A DNA stretch of 64,000 nucleotides from Daphnia carinata (lineage: Eukaryota): assembly GCF_022539665.2 (NCBI RefSeq), contig NC_081333.1, positions 11,408,001 through 11,472,000 of the forward strand. The letters run 5' to 3'. Under the pieces are notes generated by a model, which saw only the letters and a list, made by a program, of their open reading frames with translations, did not search any database and had not been told where the DNA came from. The position numbers and the translations under genes were made by a program. This document shows, piece by piece, positions 25,975 through 39,109 of the stretch. Every line of letters starts with the position of its first letter. The stretch's first letter is position 1.

Positions 25975-28900
25975 GATAAAAGGAAACGGTTTCATCAACG
26001 TCTTTTCTTGTTCCCTTATTTTTTTTTTTTTTTTTTTTTTTTTGTGGAACAATCGACACACAGCCCGTTAGGAGAAACAGGAGATGACCATCATAGAACA
26101 AGCCAAAAAAAAATAACTTACATAATGCACCATTGTTCACATTTTTGGACTTCGGTGAAGAAGTTGTGGTAGACGGCGGCGTGGCGCAGGTGCGTCTCCA
26201 GACAGAGCGTCAGCTGCAAGAGCCATTTCCATTGAGTCGACAGCGCCGACATGTAGGCCTCGACACACTTGGAGGCCGGGTGATGTTGCAGCACCAAAGC
26301 TTCGCCGCGATCCTGGACGGCGCTCACTTGGATTTCGCGCTTCTCCAGTTCGCTCATCAGCGCCTGTTAGCCATTTTTCACGGCAAAATTTTTCAAAAAA
26401 TTAATCTCGTGATTTCAAACGCACTCCGACAAAAGATTCACATTTCTTTTTTTTAATTTTGACAATGACCAACGGGTAATTTTTTTTTTCTTTTTTTTTT
26501 TTTAAGTGAAGAATAAAAGGGTGTCCAACCTGATATCCCATTCCGAAATTTTGCTAGTCGGTAATGAAGGAAAGATTCAAAAAAGAAGAAAACAGATGCT
26601 AATAAATAACACTGGACGTCGAGGTGCATATTGCATTGCATGCAACTAGCTCATTAAGAAAGAAAAAATCGAAATAAATCTCGCCTGGGTGATTAGCCCG
26701 GTGGCATTTGACCAAATGTCGGTTTGAATGTTTCCCCCTCCCCCTTTTTTTTTTTTTTTGAATGAAATTAAAACAGAAAAAAAAAACTGGTTGTTGTGGA
26801 CGTTTTAAGTCTAAACTACAAAAAACACGATTTTTTTAAATCATGATCCGTAATACAGAAACCCCATAGCCAATTCTCCGTTCTTTGGCTTCTTCATCAT
26901 TTTTACGTTTTAAAAAATAAATCGAATAAAACGAAATTTTAAATCTTATTCCCACCCTTCATTCTAATCTTCGAAAAAAAAAAAAAAAAAAGGGGGAACT
27001 CCACCCTGAAAATTAAGTGTGCCGTGCTTTCGGCGTCGTGATGATGATGATGATGATGGAAGGAAGGGACGCGTCAAAAAACCTTCCGGACAAGCCGAGA
27101 CGGATGAGGGACTTTCACGGTTTGACCGAGGCGGCGACGACGACTGCCGGCGCTCCCGGTGATCCGTCATCAAAAAAAAAAAAAAATAAAACCAACTGGA
27201 AATATGTACGTACGCATGTGTCTGTGTGTGAAGACAACAATCTTGTTTTGTTTTTTTCTTTTTCAGCCGGGGCTTTTATCTTCGCTTTAAGCTAACTGGC
27301 ATTTGATCAAAAAGCATAAATCTCCATATTTTTTTTTTTTTTCCTTACAAAAGGAATCCCAATTTTTTTTTTTTTTTTTTTTTTTTGCACATTGCAACCC
27401 CCCGTCTTCTTCCTGTATCCTCAAGGTTATTGGCCAATGAGTCATTGTCCGAAAGGCACTAGCCCAGACAGTTGAGAGATAGAGCGTCAAGGAAGACACC
27501 CGCACAAAGGAATCGAATAAAAAAAAAAGGGACCAAACCCCAGTAGACGAGAATTGCATGCTTAACAAAATTTGGCCAGAGAATTGGCAAACTAGGTTAC
27601 CTCGTAGTATCGTTCAATTTCGGTCACGTTAAGCGACTTGGAGGACCAGTCGCGCGATATCTCAATTTCCTCCTTCTCGTTGAGCCAAATGAGCTCCGTG
27701 GTGGCCGACTGGATGAAATCTTGCAACATTTCCAAGTCCGCCAGCCTTTTCTTGCTCGTCATCGACAGCTCGTTGTACGACTTTTGCAGAATGCTCACGT
27801 GGTGGACGTAGATGACCGTCTCTTCGCTTTGAAATTTTATCTGTTCACGAACCATCAGCAGACAAAAAAAAAAAAAAAAAAGAAGAAAAGATTTTAAAAT
27901 CGAGACCCTTTTTCTTTTTTTTTTTTTTTTTTATTTATTTAAATAAAAATATTCTTATTCAAAAAGGAAACAAAAGAGAATGACGCCATTCGTCTTTACC
28001 TTATTCGATATGCATTTCTCGACGTTGCTTTGGAATTTATCAACGGATTTATGTTCCTTCAAATGCGATTCCAGTTCGATTTGTACGCTGGGCAGGTCAC
28101 TACCGTACGCGGCTTTCTCCATCTGCGTCTGTTTATTGGCCAAACCCCACCAAAAGAGGAGAGAGACAAACCCAAAATGATTCATTCAAAAATGCTCAAA
28201 TCAAAAGAAAACTGATTTGAATAATTTACCAATTTGGTTCGGACCCATTCGGAGCATTCGCGAAGGAAGCGGAAATGCTCGTTGGTTTCGAATAGACGCG
28301 CTTCCAGTGAAGAGCGTGACGATCGTCCGGCATCGGGCGAAGTCAGTGAAGGCAAAACTTCGAGCAGTCGAGTCTGGAACACGGCGCGGATGGACTGCCA
28401 GCGCTGGTGGATGCGCTGGACGCGCTTATGCAAATCGGCCGTTTGATTGTAGCGGCCATCTTTTAACGCTTGGACGTCGGTGAACATAATCTTGATGGCC
28501 TCCTCGACGGCGGCCAGCTCGGCGTTGAGAGCCTCGCAATTGTGCATGGCGTCGCGCGGGTGGAGCCGATCCAGCCGTTTGGCTTCCTCGTCGATTCGAG
28601 CTTCGATATCGTCCAGCCGGGCGTCCGATTGTTTGGCTTCGCGGTGCACCTTCTCAGCGATTCGCTGAAGCCGCTCCAGTCGTTCCATCTCCTTGTGGAT
28701 GGCGGCATCGCGTTCCTGGTGCAGGGCTAACAGCTGGTTCCAGTTGCGTTCGAGAACGTCGGGCCGCAACTCGGGTTCCAGTTTCTCTTCCGTCTCTTCT
28801 AGAAATTTCTGTTGCGCCCATAAACCCCCCCCCCCCCCAAAAAAAAAAAAAAAATGAAAAATGCCAGAAAAAAAAAAAAATAAATAATAATAAAACATGA

Positions 28901-29717
28901 TTAGAATGAAACAAATGGATGCCATCGTGAACGCAAAGAATGCCAAACTCTTTCTATCACACTAGCCATCTTCGGCAATCTGGCCATATTCTCTCGGCGT
29001 GATTCACGACGGCCCGTCACGATTATATTTTCTCCCCGAAAATGGAAGTTCACAATATGTCGGCCTCATCGGTCCAAAAACGCCGATTATCCAATAATGA
29101 TAATAATATATAACAACAACAAAAAACATCTTTAAAGCCTCCCCCCCCCCCACACACACACACACACACACATGAGAAGAAGAACAACCCATTAGTTGAC
29201 CGTTGTGGCCGGGCTTTTTCTCCAGAAAAGAAAAAAAAAAAAAAAAAAAAAAAACTCCTTGACGAGGGGTCAAAAGGGCCTGTTTAAAACGGATGTCTGA
29301 CTATTTTTTTTTTTTTTTGTCTTCTTTTTAAAAGAAAAGGCGGGCCGTCACAAGGAACGACAAACGACAGCCACCATTAAAAGTAGAGAGAGAGATGGAT
29401 GTTTTTTTTTTTTTTTTATGTCGTTTAAAGATTGTTGTTAATCACCTCAATGTCCTTGTAGAGTCGGGTGATGTGCTGCTTCTCTCTAAGGCGTGGCGGC
29501 ACTTCATCCGTCCGGAATCGGTTCGACTCCAGGGCCAGCTTCTTGACCTCGATGAGCGTGTTGGGGAAAGTGCGGTCTTGCATCAATAGCGTGCTCTCGC
29601 GGATCCAAACATGCAACGAGCTCGACAGTTCGCGGTACTCGCTGTATTTCCGCTGCGTCTCCTGCAATTCATAAAATGCGCAAATCCGCGATGAATAAAA
29701 TATGATACGTCATTCCT

Positions 29718-29756
<39 letters not shown>

Positions 29757-30144
29757 CAAATCTCGTTTGAATCGACATGCCATTGCGCCGTTAAGCCAAA
29801 GAAATTCGTTATTTCTTTTCTGGAAAAAAAAAAAAAAAAAAAGGAACAAATGAATTCGCACTCACCGGATCGTAGAGTGGGTGTAAGGCCGGTGGGTTGG
29901 GGAACACGTCGTAGAGCGACGAAATGTACGTAATCAGCGATTTCTCGTCCGGTTCGGGGGTATCGACATCTGACAGGAAAAGGAAGAAAAACACGACAAA
30001 CAAAAAACGTGAATAAAATTTTAGATTTCAAATCAATCATCGAACAAAGACGAACAAATTAAGGGGGGGGGGGGAAATAAAGTCTACTGACGAAGATAAT
30101 TGTTGTCCTCATTTCTCAACCTACTCTCCCCATCATTTCTTTTC

Positions 30145-30181
<37 letters not shown>

Positions 30182-30506
30182 AATGAAAAATATGAAATTC
30201 TAGTCTGCGAAAGAAGTTATTGGAACACGACGGACGCGGCGGTATATATGCTGGTTGGTTCGTGAGTCATGGAACAACAACACAGCACGGCCTTGCCCTC
30301 AACAATCGATGCCTTTAGGGGGTCATCTTATGCGCTTATCCCGGGGGTCGTTAGAAGAGGCCCCGCAGGAGGGCGGACGCCAGGTCCATGTAAGGAGCTT
30401 CCAATGCGCTACCTTAAAAAATACATCTATATGTATAATATCCTCTACACAATAGCTAGCCAAATTCTGTCTGTTTTCTCCTTCTCTTTTTTTTAGTTTG
30501 CCATCG

Positions 30507-30545
<39 letters not shown>

Positions 30546-31819
30546 AAATGCAATTTTTATTTTGACAAAATAGACGGCGCTGGTTGCGCATGGTTGCAAT
30601 CCATTTCATGCTGTATCCGGATGCGTTCATAAATCATGATCAATTTCTTTCTTTTTTTTTGATTTTTTTTTTTTTTGAAAGGCTTTATTCCATGACTTCA
30701 TTGTCGGTTGCCGACTTTTAGGGGACTCCTAAACGACTAACTCCCACGTTATCACGCATTTTTCTTTTTTTTTTTCTTTTTCGTGAATTTCTTTTTATTC
30801 TTTATTTCATTTTTTTCTTTTTTAAACCAGATTTTTTTTTTTTTTTCTCACGAGTTGCTTTTTTCTTTAAGTTCTACTTTTTTGCCGAAATAATGTTTGC
30901 GTATCAGCTTACCTTCGGGATCGAGAAGTCGTGTCACGCCGTATTCGCGCTCGACAACATTGAAGGCGGATTCGAGTCGGTCGCGGATACCGCGATTTTT
31001 CAAGGAGCGCCAATCCACTAAATCAGGTCTGCCAAAAATGAAAAGAAAAAGAAGAATAAGTTAAGACCAAGTTAAAAGCGATGGGGTATGCGTGCGGATA
31101 AGTTGTCTAGAAATAAGAAAAAAAGGGATAGAGAAGGGAGCCGCTACAATTTGATGAATATTTCATAAACAATCAAAGTTCCATTCGTGACGTTGGTTTT
31201 ACACGGAAACATTTTGGGCTGCGTGTGACGGATCGGTTAACGTACGCAACGCTAGAGGATATTTTCAGAATGTTCAAAACAACAACAACAACAACAACAA
31301 CTGCAGCAACAACAACGGTGTGTGCCGGTGTCATGACACCGCCATTTGTTTGTAACTTCTTTGTCAGTGTTAGCACTCTCGTCTATAGGTTTTAATCAAT
31401 TGACGTGTAAAAAAGAAGAAGGCGAGGATCGATGATCCATGCGCTTCGCGATTGTACGTGTCCTCGAATTTGTTTTCTTATACGAGAGGTGGGAGTGTTG
31501 ATGGATTCGATGTCTGATCCGTCAACGGGCAAATGTTTTTTTTTTTTTTTTTTTTTTTTCTTCCGATCGGGAAGGAAAATTAAAAAAAAAAAAAGGCGAT
31601 AGATAAAAATATAAGGAGAAATCAGAAGAAACTGCACCTGTTGCGGTGGATAATAGCGTTGAAAGCCAGGCCGTCTTTCCACGATGAGGTGAAATCCTTG
31701 ACGCGGACACCGGGGTACTTGGCCGTGGTGCGCTGGGCCCATCGCAAGAGGGCTTCGCGGGCCGTCAGCGATTCGTCCTGTCCCACCATGATGTCCGATA
31801 TCTAATCAACAAAACAAAT

Positions 31820-31850
<31 letters not shown>

Positions 31851-34800
31851 AAAAAAATAATTAATTAAAAATGTCAAATTCACATCGTTAACATGTTGAA
31901 TAAAAAAAATAAAAATAAAATTGATTACGCTTGAGATAGAACAACGCCCATCATCTAATCATTAGAATAAAACAAACAAAATTCTTAATCATCATCTAAA
32001 CAAATTTAAAAAAAAAAAAGAAAATCCTTTGCATAGTTATTAATATTTTAGACGGGCCATGAGGGAACTATGACTCACATGGCTGCCGGCGGGGAACACG
32101 GGTTGACTAAGAAAACATTTTCACACCGTTAAAACATAAAAATGTAAAATATACATAGAAAAAAAAAAAAAAATATGAAGGGGAATCCGCGTTCCATCGT
32201 CTCAAGTATCCCATCATGTCTTTATATGGGACAACTGTCTCCCCCCCCCCCCCTCCTCCTCTTCTGCCAGATAGAGCCGACAAGGAGAAAAAAAAAAAAA
32301 AAGAAATGAACAACAGTCAAGTTTTGAATCTTAAAAAAAAAAAAAAAAAGGCTCGTGTGTAGGACACAAGAAATTGAGATGGAATTTCTTTATTTTCCTC
32401 GATTTATTCAAATGCTGTTTGAATGAAACTGGACAGGACGTGCTACTATTCACATCGGGTGGCGCACCAAACGGTTTGGGGCGTTCGATTTTCCAACTGA
32501 ACGAACAGTGGGGGGTGCGTGAGCAAGTGAACAGCAACCGAAATTCATTTGAAATCTGAACGAAAATATAAAAAAAAAAAAAAAAAAAAATGCCCAACGG
32601 TTGTCCACCAAAACATAACACAATCTTTTCAACAACTCCAACGCTTCGAGGCTTACGCACAACATAATATTTAGTGATCCTCTCTCTCTCTCTCTCTCCC
32701 TCCTCGTATGGAAACTCGACAACCAAAAAGAGATGAATAATTAGAAAGAAAAAAAGGGGGAAACCTGTCTGCGCATTAATGATGACGAATGGGATGGTAT
32801 TATTAGCATGAAATCTTATTACTGAATGTAGATTTATTTCGATGAAAATGGGAAACAAAGGTCATCATCAAAAACGGACAGGTTTTGTCCCATTTCTTTT
32901 AAAAACGCCTCATGGCTACCTTTCTCTAAATGTACCAACAGCAACCGTGTTCAACATAATTTTTGCGACTCTTTGACTCGTTGGCCGCCCACTAAACAAA
33001 GTGGCCGGCCGTCATCAGACATAGTTTCACCGTTTATGGCCATCATATACTCCCCTCTTTCTTACAACGTCTGATGGACACGGTCATCTTGAACTCGAGG
33101 GCTCAAGACAAACATAAAAGACCAGAAAAAAAAAAAAAAGAAAAAATGGCGTTACATTTTATAACCACACGTAATAGTGGCACAAAACAAGAGCACAACA
33201 GCTGCTAACGTCGAGCAACATCGACAGGTGACCTCATCGATAATTTTTTTTTTTTTTTTTTGGGTGGGATGCCCAAAAACAGACGGATGACGCCATCATT
33301 CCCACACGTTGTCTTTTCTTCTTCTCTCTTTGTGCGAGCGATGCGTAATGAACAAGAACATTTTCTCTTTTTCTTTTCATACATTATCAGATGTTATTTT
33401 GGGCGGGTGCCGGCGAACAAAAAATTTCGTTTTTCTTTATAAAAAAAAAGGTGGTGATGTTGGCCATAGCTCTGTGCGTCTTATCTCTTGTGCGTGAAAA
33501 GCTGAAATATAAAGCGACGGAGAGTGAAGTAAAAAAAAAAAAATAAATAAAAGAGATGAAAGTAAAGAGAAGCAAAAAAGAAAATTGTGATTTCTTTTTC
33601 TTTTTTTTTTCGTTGAAGTTCTATTGAAGCAAAACCCGAAACGGCTGTTACATCGTTAACTTGTCAAAATAGCATATATTTCGGGAGGAGGGGGGTTGAG
33701 AAATAAGGAGGAGCAGAAAGGGCGGCAGGGTTATGATTTGAATATGTCGGTGACAGGTGAATTGCAGTGCAACGAAGTGCGTAGATAATTCTATAGATTT
33801 TGTTTTTTTTTTGTTTTTTTGTAAAAGAAAGAAATGGGCGGAGGTCAAGTGCCGTCACAGGTCGCGGATAAATGGCGCCCCTCCAAATGAAAAGTTACAA
33901 CGTCGAGAAGAGGGCAAGAAAAAACAAAACAAAAAAAAACGTCTTCGCAGTGAGTGATTTTGGGTTTGTTTCAAAATTTTCTGAACAAAGACGAACGATG
34001 ACGGGCAACGACGGCGCAGAATTCCGAGACAAACGAGCGAATCGTGAGTGGAACGTTCAGAAGTGAACCGACCCCAATTCCCCCTGTTGCAACGTTCGTG
34101 TGCGCGTACAAGTCACTCACGGATTAACTACCTTGGATCGTTTAAACGACGTCGAATGATGTTCAACAGGAGCGGGCCGATGGTAAGTAATGGCCGGGAC
34201 TGGCACACGTTCCTCGTAAAGTGAAGCGTCACGTTCCGAGGTGCCGTAGGGCGACGGCGATTGAAAATAGCCCGGACGGCCATAGCCGCCGTCGTCGAAA
34301 CGGTTGACGTTCTCCGTCATGGCCCGCTGTTCTCCGCGGGTAATGGTCGTCGTCTGGCGGACGACCCGCGTCGTGACGCGACGAACGCCAGACTTGCGGG
34401 CCGTCCGCTCGCTTTCGGTCGTGTCGTCGCGGACGTGCGTCGTGACGTGCTGACGGCGCAGGACCGTGTGGACATCGCCGTCCATCTCCATGCGTTCGGC
34501 CAGCCGGATGGCGTCCACTTCCGTCACGACGCCGCCCGTGGCTGCGCTTCGCTGCGACCTCCTCTCGTTGAGCGCATCCGTCCCGCACCAGCCGCTCCGC
34601 CCAGCCATTTCCTCTGCTGGACGTTGTACTCTTTTTTTTTTTTTTCTTTTTCTTTCTTTCTTTCTTTTCTTTTTTAATCCAGGCCGGTTGTGCTGTACTA
34701 GTGTACAGTTGCGTGTGCCCAGCAGGCGAAAAACAAAACAAAACAAAACAAAAAAAACGACGGAAAAATTCCGGCAGCTGGAAACAATGGAGGGTGTTTT

Positions 34801-35001
34801 GCGTGTTTTGACCGGTCACTGGACAGAATTTACGACTCGCTCTTCACACCCGTCCAATTGGGAAGGACCGAAATTGAACGCAATCGTCCGCAACTGATGA
34901 AAATGCAACCGGATTGCTGCCGTGCGCCCCTGACCGACCGAACCCAACACGAACCAACCAACCACTGTCGACATACACACACACTCTCTCTCTCTCTTTC
35001 G

Positions 35002-35044
<43 letters not shown>

Positions 35045-35470
35045 ATTACCACAACAGAAAAAGAGAGAGAAAAAAAAAAAACTTTTCTTTTATGCTGTTA
35101 AAAAAAAAAAAAAAAAAAAAAAAAACTTTCTGGGCCCTTGGTCCGTTTTCCCGATCCCCAAAAATGGGAAACGACTGGAGAATTCGCCTTTTTCCCGATT
35201 CTCTCCAAACGTTTCGGGTATTTTTTTTTTTTTTTTTTTTTTTTTCAAATGAGTTTCAAACAAATCAAATGAAAACGAAAATTCCACATTTGACACAAAC
35301 ACAGTGACGACGGACGCGACCCAAAGACACACACACACACATACACACGCACAAGAATAAAAGGCGAAAGAGAACGCAAGACTCGATGGAAACGACCTCC
35401 TCTACGCCACTTTCACTCCTCCCGACTGCCGTACTCCCCCGAACCAAACAAGCTGCAATCCCGAAAATCT

Positions 35471-35505
<35 letters not shown>

Positions 35506-38500
35506 ACCATTCTCTTCTATTTTGAAAAATAAAAAATGTTGGAAAACGCCCCGAAGCGATGCACCGGCTTTTTTCTCTCTCTCTCTCTCTCTACTCGCCT
35601 GTGTTTAGAATAAACACTGGAAAAGGAGAGGAAAAAAAAAAAAAAAAAAAAGAATTGGGTGGAATATACGAGAGTAGAAAAAACACACAGAGAAAAGAGC
35701 ACACACACACACACTACACACCCATGGAACACGGCAGCTACAAAACAGAAGAGGAACGTGGCCAGATTTCTCAAAATCATGACCATATATGTGGAATCAA
35801 ATACGCGCCCGTCCCGTTCGCGCAACTCCGCATTTATTTTTTGTTTTGTTTTGTTTTGTTTTTTCTCCTTTCTTGTCTTGGAATGTTTTATGCTGGAAAA
35901 CCAAAAAAAAAAAAAAAAAAAATGCTACACGGTTTTCGCACACGCGTGAAGAATAGCGCATTTGTTTCGTGTAAGCTGTTCCAGGTATCTCGCAATTGAA
36001 CAGGATTGTTACCCATCATCGTCGTAAAAAAAAAAAAAAAGAAAAAAAAATACGAAATTCGATCATTTCCCAAAATATTTCCCTCTTTCTTTCTTTTTTT
36101 TTCGATTTTAATGAGCTTAAGTTCGTGGCCTCATACGTCAAACAGGTGAGGGTAACATTACGAATTCCAGGCGAGCGCGCGCGCGCGCGCGCGCTGTGGC
36201 GTGACTACCAAAGTCCAGAAGAGAAAAAAAAAAAAAGGGGGGGGGGGGGGGGGGGGGGATCGTTGATTGACGCAGAAAAAAAGGAAAAAAAATGTACACC
36301 AAAAATAAATACGACAAAGAGAAAAACAAAACTAAAGGAAAATGTCAAACTCATTCCCAATTGTGGATCGAAATAAATGGGCGAAATGCTGACCAGTTAA
36401 AGAAAATAGAGAAAACTGGTTTGATTTGTTTTCCCATCTCATTCTCTCTCGACTTACACACAATCCATTCATTTTCTTTTCAAAAGGTAAAAATTAGAAA
36501 AAAAAAAAAAAAATCACAAAAAAATGTTTATGTCGGGGAATTTTTATGTAAAAACCGCACCAGTATGGAAATGTTTTCTACCTTAAAGAATGCGAACCTG
36601 GATTAACTGCAACTCGCTTCGGCTCCTGTTCTCTCCCCCCCCCCCCCCCCCCCCCGTCTCCACTATCGTCTTTGTCAAACGCCGGCATCATTGAAAATGT
36701 GATCCACAGGCAGAGAAGCTCAACATATTTATGTTACGGGATTACACGTTTTACGTTTGGCTGGGAGAGGGGGGGGGGGGGGGGAGAGACGATAACAACT
36801 GTCGTAAGATCTCTATGATATTTCAAAAACAAACCATACACGGGCCCCTTTATCGAATGTCGTCAGTTGATGTGCGCTCCATTTGTCAAAAGTATTACGA
36901 AACAACGTAACGAATATGCGTTATTTACACGGTGTTTAGCGTTGGAGAGATTATGGTTTTACGTTTCCATGGTTTCTATCACATTCCTCGCCTGTTATTT
37001 TTTGGCCTTTTAATTTCGATCTTATTCTCGGTGTGAGCGAGCGATAACAGAAGCCAATAATGCTTTAAACCGCAACTGGATGGCGCTAGTTGTTGTTTGT
37101 TTTGACCGTACGTGTTTCCCGATTTTCTATTGCGTTTAACCGTATGGTCTAGAGGAGGTGGGGAATGGACTGCTATTCTTCCATTTCTCATACCAAACAG
37201 TTATAGCACGTGACGTCAACCGATAAAAATGCAAGACGTTGTTTGTGTTTGCTTTCCCTTATCTAATCGATGGTTCCCTTATGATCTCTTTGGTTGTTAG
37301 TTTTCAATCACAGCCACCAAGAAATTTCAAACAACGAACAATTGAATAAAAAAAAAAATAATAATAATAATCGAATAGACTGTACCTGGAAATGGAGAAT
37401 GATGGTCCATATCAGACCGAGGGTCAGCTTCGGGTTGCTATCGACGATATCTTCGGCGCGGATGTTGACCAACTTGATCTGCATAGACGAACATAACCAA
37501 GTTAGAAAAGAAAACACATCAAAATGTAAAGAAAAATCTGAAACTTTGAATACATTTTTTGTTTCCAACAATAAAAAAAAAAAAACGAAAACAATTTTCG
37601 TGTGGTTTATTTTTATAAGACTATCTAAGGCGATTGAAAAAAATTCAGCGTCGTCATTGTAAGACTGCCAGACCTATTATTTCCCGTTTTATTAACGTCC
37701 TACCAAAGAGTTTCAACCACAAGTATTTTATTTATATTTATTTATTTTTATTTTTTTTTTTTTTCAAAAAGGAAAATGTTATTATTTATTCTTTTGCCTT
37801 TGTTATTGTTGGATCCTGTCAGTGTAAAAACCGAACATGGAGAAAAAGGCGATTAAGGCAAAGCATTTTTTTTTTTATTTAAACCAAACTCCGTCATCAA
37901 ACTCTTCTTTCGGAGAAAAAAAAAAAAAAAACACTTTACCTTGCGATAGCGCAGATAATCGAGCGACGTCTGGACGTTCTGCAACATGTGGAATCGCATT
38001 TGACCTCTTTCGCGCGGCTACACACAAATAGAAAAAGAAAAAAAATTAGAATCCAAATAAATTCCAGTCAATTGGGCATTTTGGGGCGACATTTGGAAAA
38101 ACAGATTGAAATCGCTGCTGTTGTTTCAGGGTGTCGACGAATCGAAATATCGCCCAAAAATCAGATAGTCCCCCCCCCCCCATTCAGTGGAAATGAAGGT
38201 TTATCGTTCACCGCCGCGCTGATTTTAATCATATTTTATATCCTCCCACAAAAAAAAAAAATAAATAAATAAATAAGGAATTCAGATGATGAGACAAAGA
38301 GGGAACCGATAGCATCACGTCCACATTTCTCTCTCCGATTTTTATCATTAAAAAAATATAATGCGAGACGATCTTTTACGGCCAAGACGAGATGTGGCGC
38401 TATGCCTCTGAAAGGAAATCGGTCAACAACAGCAACAAAAAAAAATCAATATTCACGAAGAAGAAAGAAGAAAAGCTCATTTTTTTTTTTCTACTCGTTT

Positions 38501-39078
38501 TTGCCCTCCACGTGAGCCAACACAACAATAACCTCAGAGAGGGATAGAGAGAGAGAGAGAGAGAGAGAGAAATGGGAACAGTACAATCCAAACGGGCCGG
38601 CGCCTGGACCCAAATACGGTCATCGTGATTAGCGAAACACAACAAACGCAACGGAGAGCGAGAGAAAACTGGCAAAAGACGCCGATAAATAACGACAATA
38701 GGACAGGATTCTTCGTTGGCCGTGTTCATCCATTCCACCAAAAATCAGTTCCTTATGTGTCTCTTTTTGTCTCTTCCATTCCATTTTAGTACGAGATGGA
38801 TGAAACAGATAAGCCAATATAAAACAACGTACCAGGTGATCGCCGGAGAGGACTTCCAGGAGCGAGACGAGATTGTGTCCATCGCGCAGGTCTTCGAAGA
38901 GGTCGTCGACACGACGTCCGATCTATCATTAGAGAAAAAAATTATTATTATTATTAATCATAAATAAATATACAATCATTTCATCGGTGAATTAATAATA
39001 ATGCATTCAATATGGGGTGGGGTTCTAAACTAATGAGACGTTGGAGGGAGAAAATGCCTTCCATAAAAGGTCATGTCT

Positions 39079-39109
<31 letters not shown>

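Noticed and set aside
31326..31341. Perfect 16-bp palindrome CGGTGTCATGACACCG
   Set aside because: About one such palindrome is expected by chance in 64 kb, and it has no supporting context.
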